In this document: one piece after another, positions 27,067 to 40,442 of the stretch | How positions within the stretch are numbered: the stretch's first letter is position 1 | How the letters are laid out: every line of letters starts with the position of its first letter | From: Octopus vulgaris | Lineage: Eukaryota | Direction of reading: 5' to 3' | Length of the DNA stretch: 64,000 bases | NCBI GenBank assembly: GCA_951406725.2 | Contig: OX597841.1 | Span: 26,164,001-26,228,000, forward strand | Translations under genes and position numbers: made by a program | Notes under the pieces: model-generated | Told to the model about the DNA's origin: nothing | The model's input: only the letters and a program-made list of their open reading frames with translations | The model's database searches: none

Positions 27067-27109
<43 letters not shown>

Positions 27110-27139
27110 CCTACCTACCTACCTACCTACCTACCTACC

Positions 27140-27181
<42 letters not shown>

Positions 27182-27710
27182 CCAACCCACCCACCCACAC
27201 ATGCCACTCCTACTTTCATTGTTCTTAGAGTACAAACGTTATTTCTATACACAAATAAATTATTGTTATATTAGACATTTCTGCATTTAACGACACAAGA
27301 ATAGATATATAAGTACATTGCCTATATACATACATACCTTATATACTTACAAACATACGCGTCCACGAATATATATGTATAAAATAATACGTGAATGAAC
27401 TATATATTTGTATGTACTCTCATATCTATGTATGTGAATCCGTACATATATTTCTATATAACATCATGAAGTTATGTATAAATGTATATACATCTTTGTA
27501 TAGATATGTTTAAAGGATAATATGCGTAGTTACATACACACACATATATACTCATATAGTTTGCATGTTATTATATATACAGAGAAATGTACACATTACT
27601 ACAAAGAATGATATATATGTAAATATACATTTATAAAGACAAATGTATATATTCATACACGCATGCACACATACACACGTTTATGTATTTGTAATCACAG
27701 ATGTGAGTGT

Positions 27711-27761
<51 letters not shown>

Positions 27762-27949
27762 TACACACAGATAGACATACAGAAAAGCGCACACGCGCAC
27801 ACAGAGTCACTTACACATATATAGACATATACACAGAACTATATGTAATTATGTGACCACTACCACCTCCACCGTTTTCCTCCTTCTCCCCCTCCTCTAC
27901 ATCATATACATACATATCTATATCTCTGTCTATATATAAGCATACATAC

Positions 27950-28013
<64 letters not shown>

Positions 28014-28065
28014 AGGTCTCTTTCTTTTGTTATCTTACCGTTTTACCAATATAAATATATATACG

Positions 28066-28107
<42 letters not shown>

Positions 28108-28236
28108 GTGTATATATATATATATACGTGTGTATATATATATATATATATATATACGTGTATATATATATATATACGTGTATATATATATATATATACG
28201 TGTATATATATATGTATATATATATATATATGTATG

Positions 28237-28292
<56 letters not shown>

Positions 28293-28728
28293 TGTTTCCG
28301 TATATACTGAAGCATCACGCACACAGACAGACACAAACCCAACGAAAAATTGCCCAAACAGAAAGGCAGACCCTTAAAAATTTTACAAATATGCTTCATT
28401 GTGTCTTTCTTTTCCCTCTCTTTCTCTTTCTCTGTCTCTCCCTGTGTCTTTACCATTCCGATGTCTTTAACGCCACACACACACACACACACACTTACAT
28501 ACGCAGAACTATTGTTCAACGTCCTAATTTGCATATCGTTTGGCAGCACCGAAATTACTGCGAATCTTTCTTTGAAGTCTACCTTAAATCTCTATGTGCG
28601 GGCATAATTACACTTGATTAATTAATGCCGCGATGGTGACAATTTTTTCGTTGGCGGGCGGGCGGGTGGTGGTGGGGTGCGAGTTTGTATTGATGTAGGG
28701 GTGGGGGAAGTTATGTTTGTCATCGATC

Positions 28729-28782
<54 letters not shown>

Positions 28783-28854
28783 GTGTGTGGTTGTGCGTGG
28801 TTGTGTGTCGTTCCCTCTTTTTTCTTGCTTATCTCTCCCTCCCATCTCTCTCCC

Positions 28855-28885
<31 letters not shown>

Positions 28886-28928
28886 TTCTATATCTATCTC
28901 ATGTATATGTTGATCTATGTAAGATATA

Positions 28929-28982
<54 letters not shown>

Positions 28983-29081
28983 TATATATATATATATGCA
29001 TATATATATATATATATATGTTTATATTTATATAATTATGCATCCGTATATATATGTGTGCATGTGTGGATATACATATGT

Positions 29082-29157
<76 letters not shown>

Positions 29158-29301
29158 ATATTTGTATATATATATATATATATTTATATAAATGTGTATG
29201 TACGTGTATACACATATACGTACATTTATATGCATATATATATATATATATTTATATAAATGTGTATGTACGTGTATACACATATACGTACATTTATATG
29301 C

Positions 29302-29336
<35 letters not shown>

Positions 29337-29419
29337 GTTCACATATATAGTTAATTATAGAAATATGCGAAACTACGTCTCATTCTCTCTCTCTCTCCCT
29401 CCCTTCATCCCCCGCAACA

Positions 29420-29452
<33 letters not shown>

Positions 29453-29510
29453 ATTCTCCTTGTTCTTCAGAAATATATTCTTCACAAACAACAATCCCTG
29501 TTAATATTCT

Positions 29511-29541
<31 letters not shown>

Positions 29542-29736
29542 CGTTGTTGATGTGCTTATCAAAAGTTGCATCGTCATCACCATCATCGTCATATTTTTTC
29601 CTTCTCCCCGTCCGCCTCTTCCTCATCATCCTGTTCATCTCTCACCATTGCCATCCCCACCGCCATTACCACCACCACCACCATCACCACAACCACCACA
29701 GCCGCCGCCGTCACTACCACCACCACCACCTTTACT

Positions 29737-29942
29737 AAGGTCTGAAATTTGGGGGGCGGGGCGGGTTAGGGATGCCGGTGGATTATATCGACTCCAGTAC
29801 GCGACTGGTACTTAATTTATCGATCCCGAAAGGATGAACGGCTAAGTCGGCCTCGGTGGAATTTGAACTCAGAACGTAGCGACGGGCAAAATACTGCTAA
29901 GCATTTCACCCGGTGTTCTAACAATCTAGCCAGCTCGCCGCC

Positions 29943-29943
<1 letters not shown>
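29737..29943 (-). mobile_element. SINE family C, alternative-tail variant
   Basis: CTGGTACTTAATTTATCGA...GGAATTTGAACTCAGAACG...GCCAGCTCGCC; tail resembles 61512. Confidence 0.8.
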
Positions 29944-29990
<47 letters not shown>

Positions 29991-29999
29991 GTAATAATA

Positions 30000-30528
30000 A
30001 ATGCCCTGATGCAGTACCAGGCAGTGGCTCTCGTGGCTTCTGATCTTAACTGATTGGAAGTTTTATCATGTACATTGTTTTGTCTTGGTATAAAAGATGG
30101 GCTACAGCAAATATTCTGCTCAATACCACAGTTGATCATGTCCCTTGGTGGCTGACAATATGTGCATCTTTGATCACGAGCAGATGTAGTAAGGGAGCAT
30201 CATAGCCATATGCTGAGAGAAATTCTTTGGGGTTTGGATAATTCACCTCTGGAAACGTGAGTGCTTCGTTCAACATCCTTAAACAACCCTTATTCAGGGA
30301 CCTTTAGAGCGGAATGGGTTATTGGACCGGAAGAAAACTTTCTAACTGGGCCTCACCTGCAAGGTCATGTGCCGTTTGTCTTGATATATGTGATCACCAT
30401 GTCGTGCACATATGTTTGTGAGGCATGTGTCTAGTGTACCCTTATCAGAGGGTAGTCATGATGGGTATACTGGGCTTTGTATATTTTACCCCAGTGTCAC
30501 TTTGATGGCATGCGCTGCTCTCTCACTC

Positions 30529-30530
<2 letters not shown>
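30000..30530 (+). mobile_element. Repeat inserted in (AAT)n, probable non-LTR 3' UTR or derivative
   Basis: Flanked by (AAT)n on both sides; internally deleted copy at 30582-30820. Strand inferred. Confidence 0.6.
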
Positions 30531-30581
<51 letters not shown>

Positions 30582-30583
<2 letters not shown>

Positions 30584-30819
30584 TGCCCTGATGCAGTACA
30601 ATGCCCCTGATGCAGTACAATGCCCTGATGCAGTAAAATGCCCTGATGCAGTACCAGGCAGTGGCTCTCATGGCTTCTGATTGGAAGTGTTATGATGCAT
30701 GTTGTGATGCATGTGCCTGGTGTACCCTTATCAGACGGGTAGTCATGATGGGTATAATGGGCTTTGTATATTTTACCCCAGTGTCACTTTGATGGCATGC
30801 GCTGCTCTCTCTCTCTCTC

Positions 30820-30820
<1 letters not shown>
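30582..30820 (+). mobile_element. Internally deleted copy of the 30000-30530 element with four copies of its first ~18 bp
   Basis: AATGCCCTGATGCAGTA(C) x4, then shared start and end blocks. Confidence 0.7.
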
Positions 30821-30855
<35 letters not shown>

Positions 30856-30869
30856 TATAATAATAATAT

Positions 30870-31074
30870 TCAGACAAATACATAACAAAAACACCAGGAC
30901 TTACAAACACATATAACATACAGAAAATTGCACTACTAGGCACTGCACACATCCTACGCAGAACACTTTCCATACAATAACCATCAGAGCATCACAACAA
31001 ATCACAGCACATACCCAAGGCACACAGAGCTGCGCTCGGTAGTGAAGTGAAAGCACGCTATAAAAATAAGACTA

Positions 31075-31080
<6 letters not shown>
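30870..31080 (+). mobile_element. Dong/R4-like LINE 3' end in (TAA)n
   Basis: 30870-30980 encodes SDKYITKTPGLTNTYNIQKIALLGTAHILRRTLSIQ*; QKxxLLGTAxILR is the R4/Dong RLE C-terminus; flanked by (AAT)n. Confidence 0.85.
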
Positions 31081-31121
<41 letters not shown>

Positions 31122-31123
<2 letters not shown>

Positions 31124-31400
31124 TCTTTTATAAGCCGCAAGGGCATAGATGAGAGGAACATCAGAAGGACAGTCAACAGTTTGAGGGAAGATTTACGTAA
31201 AAGCCCTGCGAAAAGATGACTAAAACGCGATAAAAGTACACATTGTAACACGTACAAAGTATGTGGTAACATGAGTGATGCAGCCCTCCTGATAAAGGAG
31301 ACATTCTGAGTAGGGTCAATCAAAGAACCCCACTGATCCAGGCTTATCCTGATAATCAAAGGTATGAGGCCTGTCTCATGTCCCCTAATCTACAGGTGCA
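31122..31400 (-). mobile_element. Probable LINE 3' end with (ATT)n tail
   Basis: Minus strand ends CTATGCCCTTGCGGCTTATAAAGA(TAT)n, resembling the SINE C and 6690 tails. Confidence 0.45.
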
Positions 31401-31494
31401 TGTTAATTAGAAGAGGGCCATTCATTCTAAGGGTTCTGGTTACGGTCGCCCATCTTTTCACTGTTTCACTGGATGGGAGCAGAAGGTGGGGACG

Positions 31495-31880
31495 AGGAAG
31501 AAGAAGAAGAAGAAGAAGAAGAAGAATTGGAAGAAGGAAAAAGAATCGGAAGAAAAAGAAGAGGAGGGGGAGGAAGAAGAAGAAGAAGAATTGGAAGAAA
31601 AAGAAGAAGAAGAATTGGAAGAAGGAAAAAGAATCGGAAAAAGAAGAGGAGGCGGAGGAAGAAGAAAAATTGGAAGAAGAAGAAGAAGAAGAAGAATTGG
31701 AAGAAGAAGAAGAAGAATTGGAAGAAGGAAAAAAGAATCGGAAGAAAAAGAAGAGGAGGAGGAGGAAGAAGAAGAAGAATTGGAAGAAGAAGAAGAAGAA
31801 GAAGAAGAAGAAGAAGAAGAATTGGAAGAAGGAAAAAGAATCGGAAGAAAAAGAAGAGGAGGAGGAAGAAGTAGAAGAAA
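31495..31880. repeat. (GAA)n-derived higher-order repeat
   Basis: Recurrent GAATTGGAAGAAGGAAAAAGAATCGGAA units. Confidence 0.9.
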
Positions 31881-31946
31881 CAGATTTGCAGCTATTTGAT
31901 TCAGGAATGAGAAAGACAAACAACGAGCATGCGCGCACAGAGTGGC

Positions 31947-31989
<43 letters not shown>

Positions 31990-32199
31990 GGGAGGGGGTT
32001 CGGTGGGTGGGTAGTGAAGATTAAAGCTGTGGTCAGTGCTTCGAGGGGGCACTTAACTGACCAACGGTGTGAACGTGTGTGCCAGGCGAAAGAGAGAGAG
32101 AGAGAAAGAGGGAGAGGGAGAGAGAGAGAGAAAGAGGGAGAGAGAGAGAGAGAAGTGTTTAGGATTTGGAGTGGACAAGGTGTCAAACGGTTTTTCTAA

Positions 32200-33420
32200 G
32201 TGGATGGAGTACTTGAGGTAAGAGATAAAGGAAAGAGTGAGAGAGAGAGAGGAGAAAGGGAGGGAGAGAGGAGATGGAGGGGAAGTGGGAGAATCTGAGT
32301 GGTTGTGTGATTGGGAGAAAGAAAGAGCGAGGAGATAGAGATAATAATAATAATAATAAGAAGAAGAAGAAGAAGAAGAAGAAGAGAAAGAGAGTGAGAG
32401 AAAGAAGAATGAAGGGATGGTGAAGAAGAATGGGAGGGAGGGAGGGATAGAGAGAGAAAGGAGGAGAGATATAGTCGGAGTGGTAGTGGGATTGAGGTGT
32501 GGTAGAGAGAGAGAGAGAGAGGGAAGAAAGGAGGAGAAAGAAAGGGGAAAGAAAAAAGGAGAGGGGAAAGAAGCTGGAGGGAGGGAGAGGTGGGGGAAAG
32601 GAGAGAGGTGGAAGATGAGAGAGAAGGGAGAGTTGGTGAGAGGGTAGATAGGGAGGAGGGGAGAGAGAGAAAGGAGGAGAGATAGTCGGAGTGATAGTGT
32701 GATTGAGGTGTGGTAGAGAGAGAGAGAGAGAAGAAAGGGGAAAGAAAAAAGGAGAGGGAAGATGAGAGAGGGGAAAGAAGCGGGAGGGAGGGAGGGAGAG
32801 GTGTGAGAAGTGGGGAGGGAGAAAAGGAGAGAGGGGAGAGTTGGCGAGAGGGGAGATAGGGAGGTGGGGAGAGAGTGAGACCAAGTGGTAGGGTGATAAA
32901 TTTTGTTGGTGAGAGAGAGAGAGAGAGAGAGGAAGACACGAGAGAGAGGGAGAAAGAGAGAGAGGGAGGAAGATACGAGAGAGAGGGAGAAAGAGAGAGA
33001 GGGAGGAAGATACGAGAGAGAGGGAGAAAGAGAGAGAGAGGGAGGAAGATACGAGAGAGAGGGAGAAAGAGAGAGAGAGGGAGAAAGAGAGAGAGAGGGA
33101 GGAAGATACGAGAGAGAGGGAGAAAGAGGAAGATACGAGGGAAAGGGAGGAAGAGAGAGAAAGGAAAAGACGAGTGAGAGAGGGGAAAAGACGAGAGAGT
33201 GAGAGAGAGGAAAAACGCGTGAGGGAGGAGTAAGAATGAACAGAGTGAGAGTGAGAGACGAACGAAGAGGAGAGAGAGATAAAAAGAGAAAGAAAGAGAG
33301 AGAGATGAAAGGAGAGGGAGAGAAAGACAGAGTAAGAGAGACAGAGACACAGTAAAAGAGAGGAAAAGAGAAAGTAGGATAGAGAGAGAGAGAGAGAGAG
33401 CAAGAATAAGAGGGGGAGGT
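32200..33420. repeat. Long purine-rich low-complexity tract with internal duplications
   Basis: GATAGTCGGAGTG block twice; GGAGGAAGATACGAGAGAGAGGGAGAAA several times. Confidence 0.85.
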
Positions 33421-33606
33421 AGAGTGAAAACGAAATATTGTCTTAAATACTGGATTGTTCATAAAACAGCTACGCGTGGCTGAATGGTAAGAAGCTTGTT
33501 TTCAAACCGTATGGTATCGAGTTCAGTCTCATTGCGCGGCACCATGGGCAAATGTTTTCTACTATATCCTCGGGATGACCAAAGTCTTGTGGGTTTCATG
33601 CACATA

Positions 33607-33777
33607 GGCGCAGGAGTGGCTGTGTGGTAAGTAGCTTGCTAACCAACCACATGGTTCCGGGTTCAGTCCCACTGCGTGGTATCTTGGGCAAGTGTCTTCT
33701 GCTATAGCCCCGGGCCGACCAATGCCTTGTGAGTGGATTTGGTAGACGGAAACTGAAAGAAGCCTGTCGTATATATG

Positions 33778-33808
<31 letters not shown>

Positions 33809-34019
33809 TTGTGTGTCTGTGTTTGTCCCCCTAGCATTGCCTGACAACCGATGCTGGTGTGCTTACGTCCCCGTCACTTAGCGGTTCGGCAAAAGAGACC
33901 GATAGAATAAGTACTGGGCTTACAAAAGAATAAGTCCCGGGGTCGATTTGCTCGCCTAAAGGCGGTGCTCCAGCATGGCCGCAGTCAAATGACTGAAACA
34001 AGTAAAAGAGTAAAAAGAG
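33607..34019 (+). mobile_element. SINE family A, full length
   Basis: Matches the family A unit; preceded by an older diverged head at ~33475-33595. Confidence 0.93.
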
Positions 34020-34049
34020 TATATAAACACATACATAATTATTGTTTTA

Positions 34050-34236
34050 TTTGATTCAGTTATGACCGTGGCCTTGCTGGAGCACCGCCTGAAATCGAAC
34101 AAATCGACACCAGGACTTATTCCCCGTAAGCCTAGTACTTATTTAATTGGTCTCTTTTGCAGAACCGCTAAGTTACGGGGACGTAAATACACCAACATCG
34201 ATTGTTAGTCGATGGTGGGGGGACAAACAGACACAC

Positions 34237-34293
<57 letters not shown>

Positions 34294-34456
34294 CGAGGGG
34301 CTTCTTTCAGTTTCCGTCTACCAAATCCACTCACAAGGTTTCGGTCAGCCCGAAGTTATAGTAGAAGACACTCGCCCAAGGTGCCACGCAGTGGGACTGA
34401 ACCCGGAACCATGTGGTTGGCAAGCAAGCTTCTTACCACACTGCCACTCCTGCGCC
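34050..34456 (-). mobile_element. SINE family A, full length, somewhat diverged
   Basis: Ends GCCACTCCTGCGCC; tail-to-tail with the 33607 copy. Confidence 0.9.
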
Positions 34457-34597
34457 TATATGTATTGAAGGAAAGAAAATAGAGAAAAAGATGGATATTG
34501 AAGAATTTTATTTGTATGTTATAAAACGTTGAAAACCTCTGCAAAAAAATTTCTTTTAAAAAGCATAAAAATACGAATAAATTGCTAATAAGTTAAA

Positions 34598-35110
34598 TCT
34601 ATATATATAAAACTGTAGTTGTGTGAGTGTCTGTCCCCTTCGATTTAGATTCCTAACTACTCCCACATTTTGCGGTGCAGTTTAACCAAATTCGGGTATC
34701 TTATAGTCGTGATTCATATCGAGCTCGTCTGAGTATTAGCGCGCGTCTACGATGAGTCTACGATTTTTAAAATAATTTAACATAATTTTTTATTCCATTT
34801 TAATGCATAATTTTTCGTGTGTCGATGGCGGCGGAGTTGGCGTCCATGGTCACGCCTGCACCTGTTTGCTTCTCCCCCTTCTTCCCTCCCTCGTGAAGCT
34901 GTGGGGAAGGGAGTGTAAGGAAATCAACGTCGTAAAGCGTTGTCAAGGAGACCAGCGTTCTTTTAGAACAACGACTTCATGGCTTGAAGACACCAAAACA
35001 GAAATGGCTAAGAAAGCCCGAATTGGCATCTATAAAGGAAGTAACTCTCTAAAAATGCTTATATAGTTATTTCCCTTACAAACCCGAGCAACGCCGGGCG
35101 ATACTGCTAG
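34598..35110 (+). mobile_element. Non-autonomous Helitron
   Basis: A|TC...CTAG|T boundaries, subterminal CCCGAGCAACGCCGGG hairpin, no TSD; near-identical to 48832-49343. Confidence 0.9.
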
Positions 35111-35605
35111 TTAATTTTAAAAACTAAAAGAACCTACATTTCTGTTTTAATACTATCCCCTAACTGATCAGAAATTCTAAGCATTTGGTTAAATGCTAAG
35201 AAACGTATCATGTTTTAACTATATGGGGTAGAAATTCTTCAGGGATATTATAGGCATTACTAGCAGAAATACCCCTCGTATTAACTCATGTTAACGAACT
35301 GATGGATTTCACCGACGTTAAAATTGGTAAAAGTTATGGTTGAAAAGTAATTTTTACCTCTATCCGGGGTTGCCTCAGGAAAAATAAGTTGACAGAAGCA
35401 CAGCCATGGTCTTGACCAATGTCCTCCTAAAATTGGAGCGACATGCGTGCTAATTTGTGGATTGCATAAAGTACATTCACGTACACACACACACACACAC
35501 ACACACCCTGCCTTATATAGATGTAGATATGATAGAGATTAACTAGTGGAATATCTTGGATCATAATTCCTAATGGGGATATAACTTCCTCGAATTGACT
35601 ATATA

Positions 35606-35717
<112 letters not shown>

Positions 35718-36060
35718 TACACACGTATATACATTAGTATACACACATATCTACGTATGTACATAAATGCTCACCTCCCTCTCTCTCTCCATACGTGCTT
35801 ACATACATGCATACATACGTAGATGCATACATACACTGATACACACACATATGTGTACATAAATACACATATCTCCATACTTACATATCTATATAGATAT
35901 GCACATACATGCATACGTACATACGTACATAAATACATGCATACGTACATACACCCGCACGTATATGTACAAAGATACACGTATAACTACATACATACCT
36001 GTGTCCATATACGTGCATGCATATATACAAAAACGTGTATACATCCATCTATCCATATAT

Positions 36061-36445
36061 GGAAGCACTCCGTCGGTTACGACGACGAGGGTTCCGGTTG
36101 ATCCGAATCAACGGAACAGCCTGCTCGTGAAATTAACGTGTAAGTGGCTGAGCACTCCACAGACACGTGTACCCTTAACGTAGTTCTCGCGGGGATATTC
36201 AGCGTGACACAGAGAGTGACAAGGCCGGCCCCTTGAAATACAGGTACAACAGAAACAGGAAGTAAGAGTGAGAGAAAGTTGTGGTGAAAGAGTACAGCAG
36301 GGATCACCACCATCCCCTGCCGGAGCCTCGTAGAGCTTTTAGGTGTTTTCGCTCAATAAACATTCACAACGCCTGGTCTGGGAATCGAAACCGCGATCCT
36401 ATGACCGCGTGTCCGCTGCCCTAACTACTGGGCCATTGCGCCTCC
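36061..36445 (-). mobile_element. SINE family B, full length
   Basis: Reverse complement of the family B unit; TSD ATCCATATAT. Confidence 0.93.
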
Positions 36446-36931
36446 ACATCCATATATACGTACGAACAAATGGAGAAAAGCAGACGATTTCTTAAATTTG
36501 AAAAAAAAAGGGAAGACAGAAGAAAAAGACATGAAGAGAAGAGAGAGAGAGAGGGGGGGAAGGAAAGAGGAAAGATCGAGAAGAAAGAATAAAAAAGAAC
36601 GAACTCATAAGAAAATAAGAACGAAAGAGAGAAACGAAGAAAAACGAATAAGAACTAAATGAAATATAAAGAAGGAGAAACGAAGGGAAGAAGGTAAAGT
36701 GTCCATTCAGAAGAGATGTTAGAAAGATGGCCAAACGGCCGGAGAGTGTCCACGAGTGTCCGGCCTAACACCAATGAAGAATCGGCATCAAACAGTGGGA
36801 CATCAAAGTAGAAACACCAGCCACTGGACTCGAATTGCTTCTCAAGTGGACGAACAATTTGGACACAAAATGATAATTTTTGCTTTCTCCTCTTCCTCTT
36901 TCTTCTCCTTCACTCTCTGTCTCTGTCGCTT

Positions 36932-36969
<38 letters not shown>

Positions 36970-37066
36970 CTAGTCTCTCTCTCTTTCTGTCTCTCTCTTT
37001 CTCTCTCATACATACAAAAGTTCTTCTGTTGGCTGTTGTCGTCGTTGTTATTGTTGTTGTTGTTGC

Positions 37067-37097
<31 letters not shown>

Positions 37098-37308
37098 CTT
37101 CTTCTTCTTCTTCTTCTTCTTCTTCTTCTTCTCCTCCTCCTAACGTCATACATACTTGGAAACATGCGTACATACATACATCCAAACACATTGACAAACA
37201 GACTTACATGCACATCTATCTATCTAATAAATAAATAATAAATAAAATGAAAGTTATTTATCTATCTATTAACGTGTCTATCTATCTATCTATCTGTCTA
37301 GCTGTCTA

Positions 37309-37352
<44 letters not shown>

Positions 37353-37356
37353 TCTA

Positions 37357-37388
<32 letters not shown>

Positions 37389-37863
37389 TCTATCTATCCA
37401 TCCATGCCCTGTGTGGCCAATAAAGAAACAGATTTTTATGCATAGGTATACACACGCCCACACACACGCACGCACACGCACGCACGCACACGCACGCACG
37501 CACGCACACGCACACGCACGCACACGCACACACACGCACACGCACACGCACGCACACGCACACGCACGCACACGCACACATGCTTACATATACATCTACA
37601 TACTCGTGTATGCGTGGTTATATATTTTATTATCATGTACATATTCAGGTATATATCTATATTCATATATATGTATACACACAGAGATTTTTCTGGATAT
37701 GTATGCATATAAGCGTATATATGTATATATATTACATATCTATACACACATGCATCTTTCTCTCTCTCTCTCTCTCTCTGTATATATATGTATATATATA
37801 TATAGATATATATATATATACACACACATGCACCTTTCTCTCCTCTCTCACACAAACACATGT

Positions 37864-37921
<58 letters not shown>

Positions 37922-38653
37922 CATATGTGTGTGCGTGCGTGTATGTATATTAATATGTAATTAATATGTGCGTGTATAAACATTTCTATATAGCTGTCTG
38001 TATATAACTATATATGTATATATATATATATAAATGTGTGTGTATGTATGTATTTCTATATATATGTATATTGAAATGCACACGTATGATATTACAGGCG
38101 CACATGCATACATATTAGGGGAGAGAGAATGAACCTTTGAATGAACGTATGTATATCCACTCACCCTCACACACATATACCCTCACGCCTATGCAACCAG
38201 ACGCATAAGCATATTCAGAGGCAGGGTTTTTCCTGAATAATATTAGTTGTCAGCAGCAGACACACAACCTCCTCTGCAAAACAAACAGGCACAACTAATG
38301 TATCTATGCACAAATTTTGTTGTAATGTTTGGTGTCTGAGTCTTTTATGCTTTCGTTTAGAAGCATTGAAAACAATTGGACGCCACGTTTTTGTAACAAT
38401 TAGTTTCCAACGAAACCGGTTACAAGAATACCACGTACAGTCACCATTTTCTTATGAATTCCTTACTCTTCGAATCCCTTTCTCCTCTCTTCTTTTCGTT
38501 TTGTTCCCTTATTCATTATAGCCTTACAGTCTTAATCGTTTCTTTCATTGGACTGCGGTCATGATGCAGCACCATCTGGAAGGGTTTTAGTCAACTAATT
38601 GACCCTTATGCTTATTTTTTTAAAGCCTGGTATGTATTCGATTTTATCTACAT

Positions 38654-38989
38654 CAGTAGTTCTGAACCGGGGTCCATCTGGGGATTTGGGCAGGGGGATC
38701 CACGCAACAAAATAGTAAATTGAGGATCCATAATCGTATTTTCAGGGCCCTTGAAAGAATTTTCCATTAGATGTATGTATTGCTATTTTATTGCAAGAAA
38801 CAGTTTGGTTTCATTCTCCAACATTTTACATAGTTCAACCTAAAGAAGTTAATGTGGGAAATACAAAATAGGAATTTTGAAAGGAATTTCTATAAAACTA
38901 ATGTTTAAATATGGAATGGCAATGGAGGTCCACCAGAAAAGAATAGTAATCAAAGGGGTCCATAGATGAATAATGGTTGAGAACCCCTG
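38654..38989. mobile_element. hAT-like MITE
   Basis: TIRs CAGTAGTTCTGAACC / GGTTGAGAACCCCTG; decayed 8-bp flanks ATCTACAT / ATTTATAG with central TA; subterminal GGGGTCCA motifs. Confidence 0.75.
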
Positions 38990-39111
38990 ATTTATAGGTT
39001 CATCTAGCGTTTCATCTGGCTTTGTGTTCTGAGTCCAAATTCTGCTCAGATCAACTTAGGCTTTAATCATTTCAGAACAGACAAAATAAGTACCAGTTAA
39101 GAACTGGGGTT

Positions 39112-39147
<36 letters not shown>

Positions 39148-39151
<4 letters not shown>

Positions 39152-39310
39152 ATCCAAATATGAAAACACCAAGAGAAAACACAACAACGCGAGGACGTAG
39201 AACAAATATAGTATTATTGGATGCTCAGGTAAGAAGGGAAGAAGGAGGGTTTTACGTTTCGAGCGGAGCTCTTCGTCAGAAACATAGGAAAAGGAAAGAT
39301 CCAGAGAAGG
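39148..39310 (-). mobile_element. Penelope-type terminal repeat
   Basis: Abuts (TA)n; paralogue at 60703-60890; contains a hammerhead motif. Confidence 0.7.
39249..39283 (-). ncRNA. Minimal type-I hammerhead ribozyme motif
   Basis: Minus strand GTTT-CTGACGA-A-GAGC-TCC-GCTC-GAAACGTA-AAAC: intact core, 4-bp stems I and II, palindromic ACGU stem III. Confidence 0.7.
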
Positions 39311-39497
39311 GGAGAGAGGGAGAGGGAGAGATGGAGGGAGAGAGAGAGAGAGAGAAATAGGCAGGCAGATAGACAAATAGACATACATAGACAGGTACAC
39401 AGATAGATAGAGAGCCAGTCTGATAGGCAGATAGACAGACAGATAGATAGATAGGTAGATAAACAGATACATTGTTAGATAGTCGGGCAGATATAAC

Positions 39498-39563
<66 letters not shown>

Positions 39564-39829
39564 GTGGGATTTTTAGAGGGATAGACAATTGGATTAAGGT
39601 ATTTGTCTGTTCAGACGTGTCTGGATCTAAGGAACCGAGAAGGAAGTGTGCAATTGCAGAAGAATTTTACGGGTGGTGAGAGTAGGAAGATGCGAAAGAG
39701 AGAGAGTGCTATTGGGTGATAAAAGTAGCGTGAGTAGAGAGGAAGAGGAAGGGGCTGCGTTTTGGGAGGGAGGGAGAGAGAGAATAGGGAAACAAAATGG
39801 GGAACAAAAGAATATAAAGGATTGGAAAC

Positions 39830-39970
39830 TAGGGAGAATTGGCTGCTATTTCTATCAGGTCTAGTTACAATGTAGATGTCGTTCCTACATAAAAGAGTAA
39901 GGTGCGATTTGGGAGAGATGCAGTTGTTATTTCTAATACCGCCAGCTACCATGTAGAGGTCTACCTCATT
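39830..39970 (-). repeat. Two dispersed units of the 45-kb array family
   Basis: TTGGCTGCTATTTCTA...AGGTCTAG and TACCATGTAGAGGTCT. Confidence 0.7.
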
Positions 39971-40048
39971 TACTGATACATACATATATATATATGCGCG
40001 GATGTTAACGCAGAGCTGAAGGTCAGTGAAAAAGAGAACGCTGAACTC

Positions 40049-40441
40049 CTTACTCTTTTACTTGTGTCAGTCATTTGACTGCGGCCATGCTGGAGCACCG
40101 CCTGTAATCGAGCAACTCGACCCCGGGACTTATTCTTTGTAAGTCCAGTACTTATTCTATCGGTCTCTCCTTTGCCGAACCGCTAAGTGACCAGCATTGG
40201 TTGTCAAGCAATGCTCGGGGGACAAACAGAGACACACAAACATATTCACACACACACACATATATATATACATATATACGACGGGCTTCTTTCAGTTTCC
40301 GTCTACCAAATCCACTGACAAGGCTTTAGTCGGCCCGAGGCTATAGTAGAAGACACTTGCCCAAGGTGCCACGCAGTGGGACTGAACCCGGAACCATGTG
40401 GTTGGTTAGCAAGCTACTTACCACACAGCCACTCCTGCGCC
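40049..40441 (-). mobile_element. SINE family A
   Basis: Reverse complement of the family A unit. Confidence 0.92.
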
Positions 40442-40442
40442 T

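Noticed and set aside
31364-32052. Glu/Lys-rich ORFs
   Set aside because: (GAA)n-derived repeat.
34803-35066. 87-aa ORF repeated at 49036-49299
   Set aside because: Lies inside near-identical non-autonomous Helitron copies; no recognisable domain.
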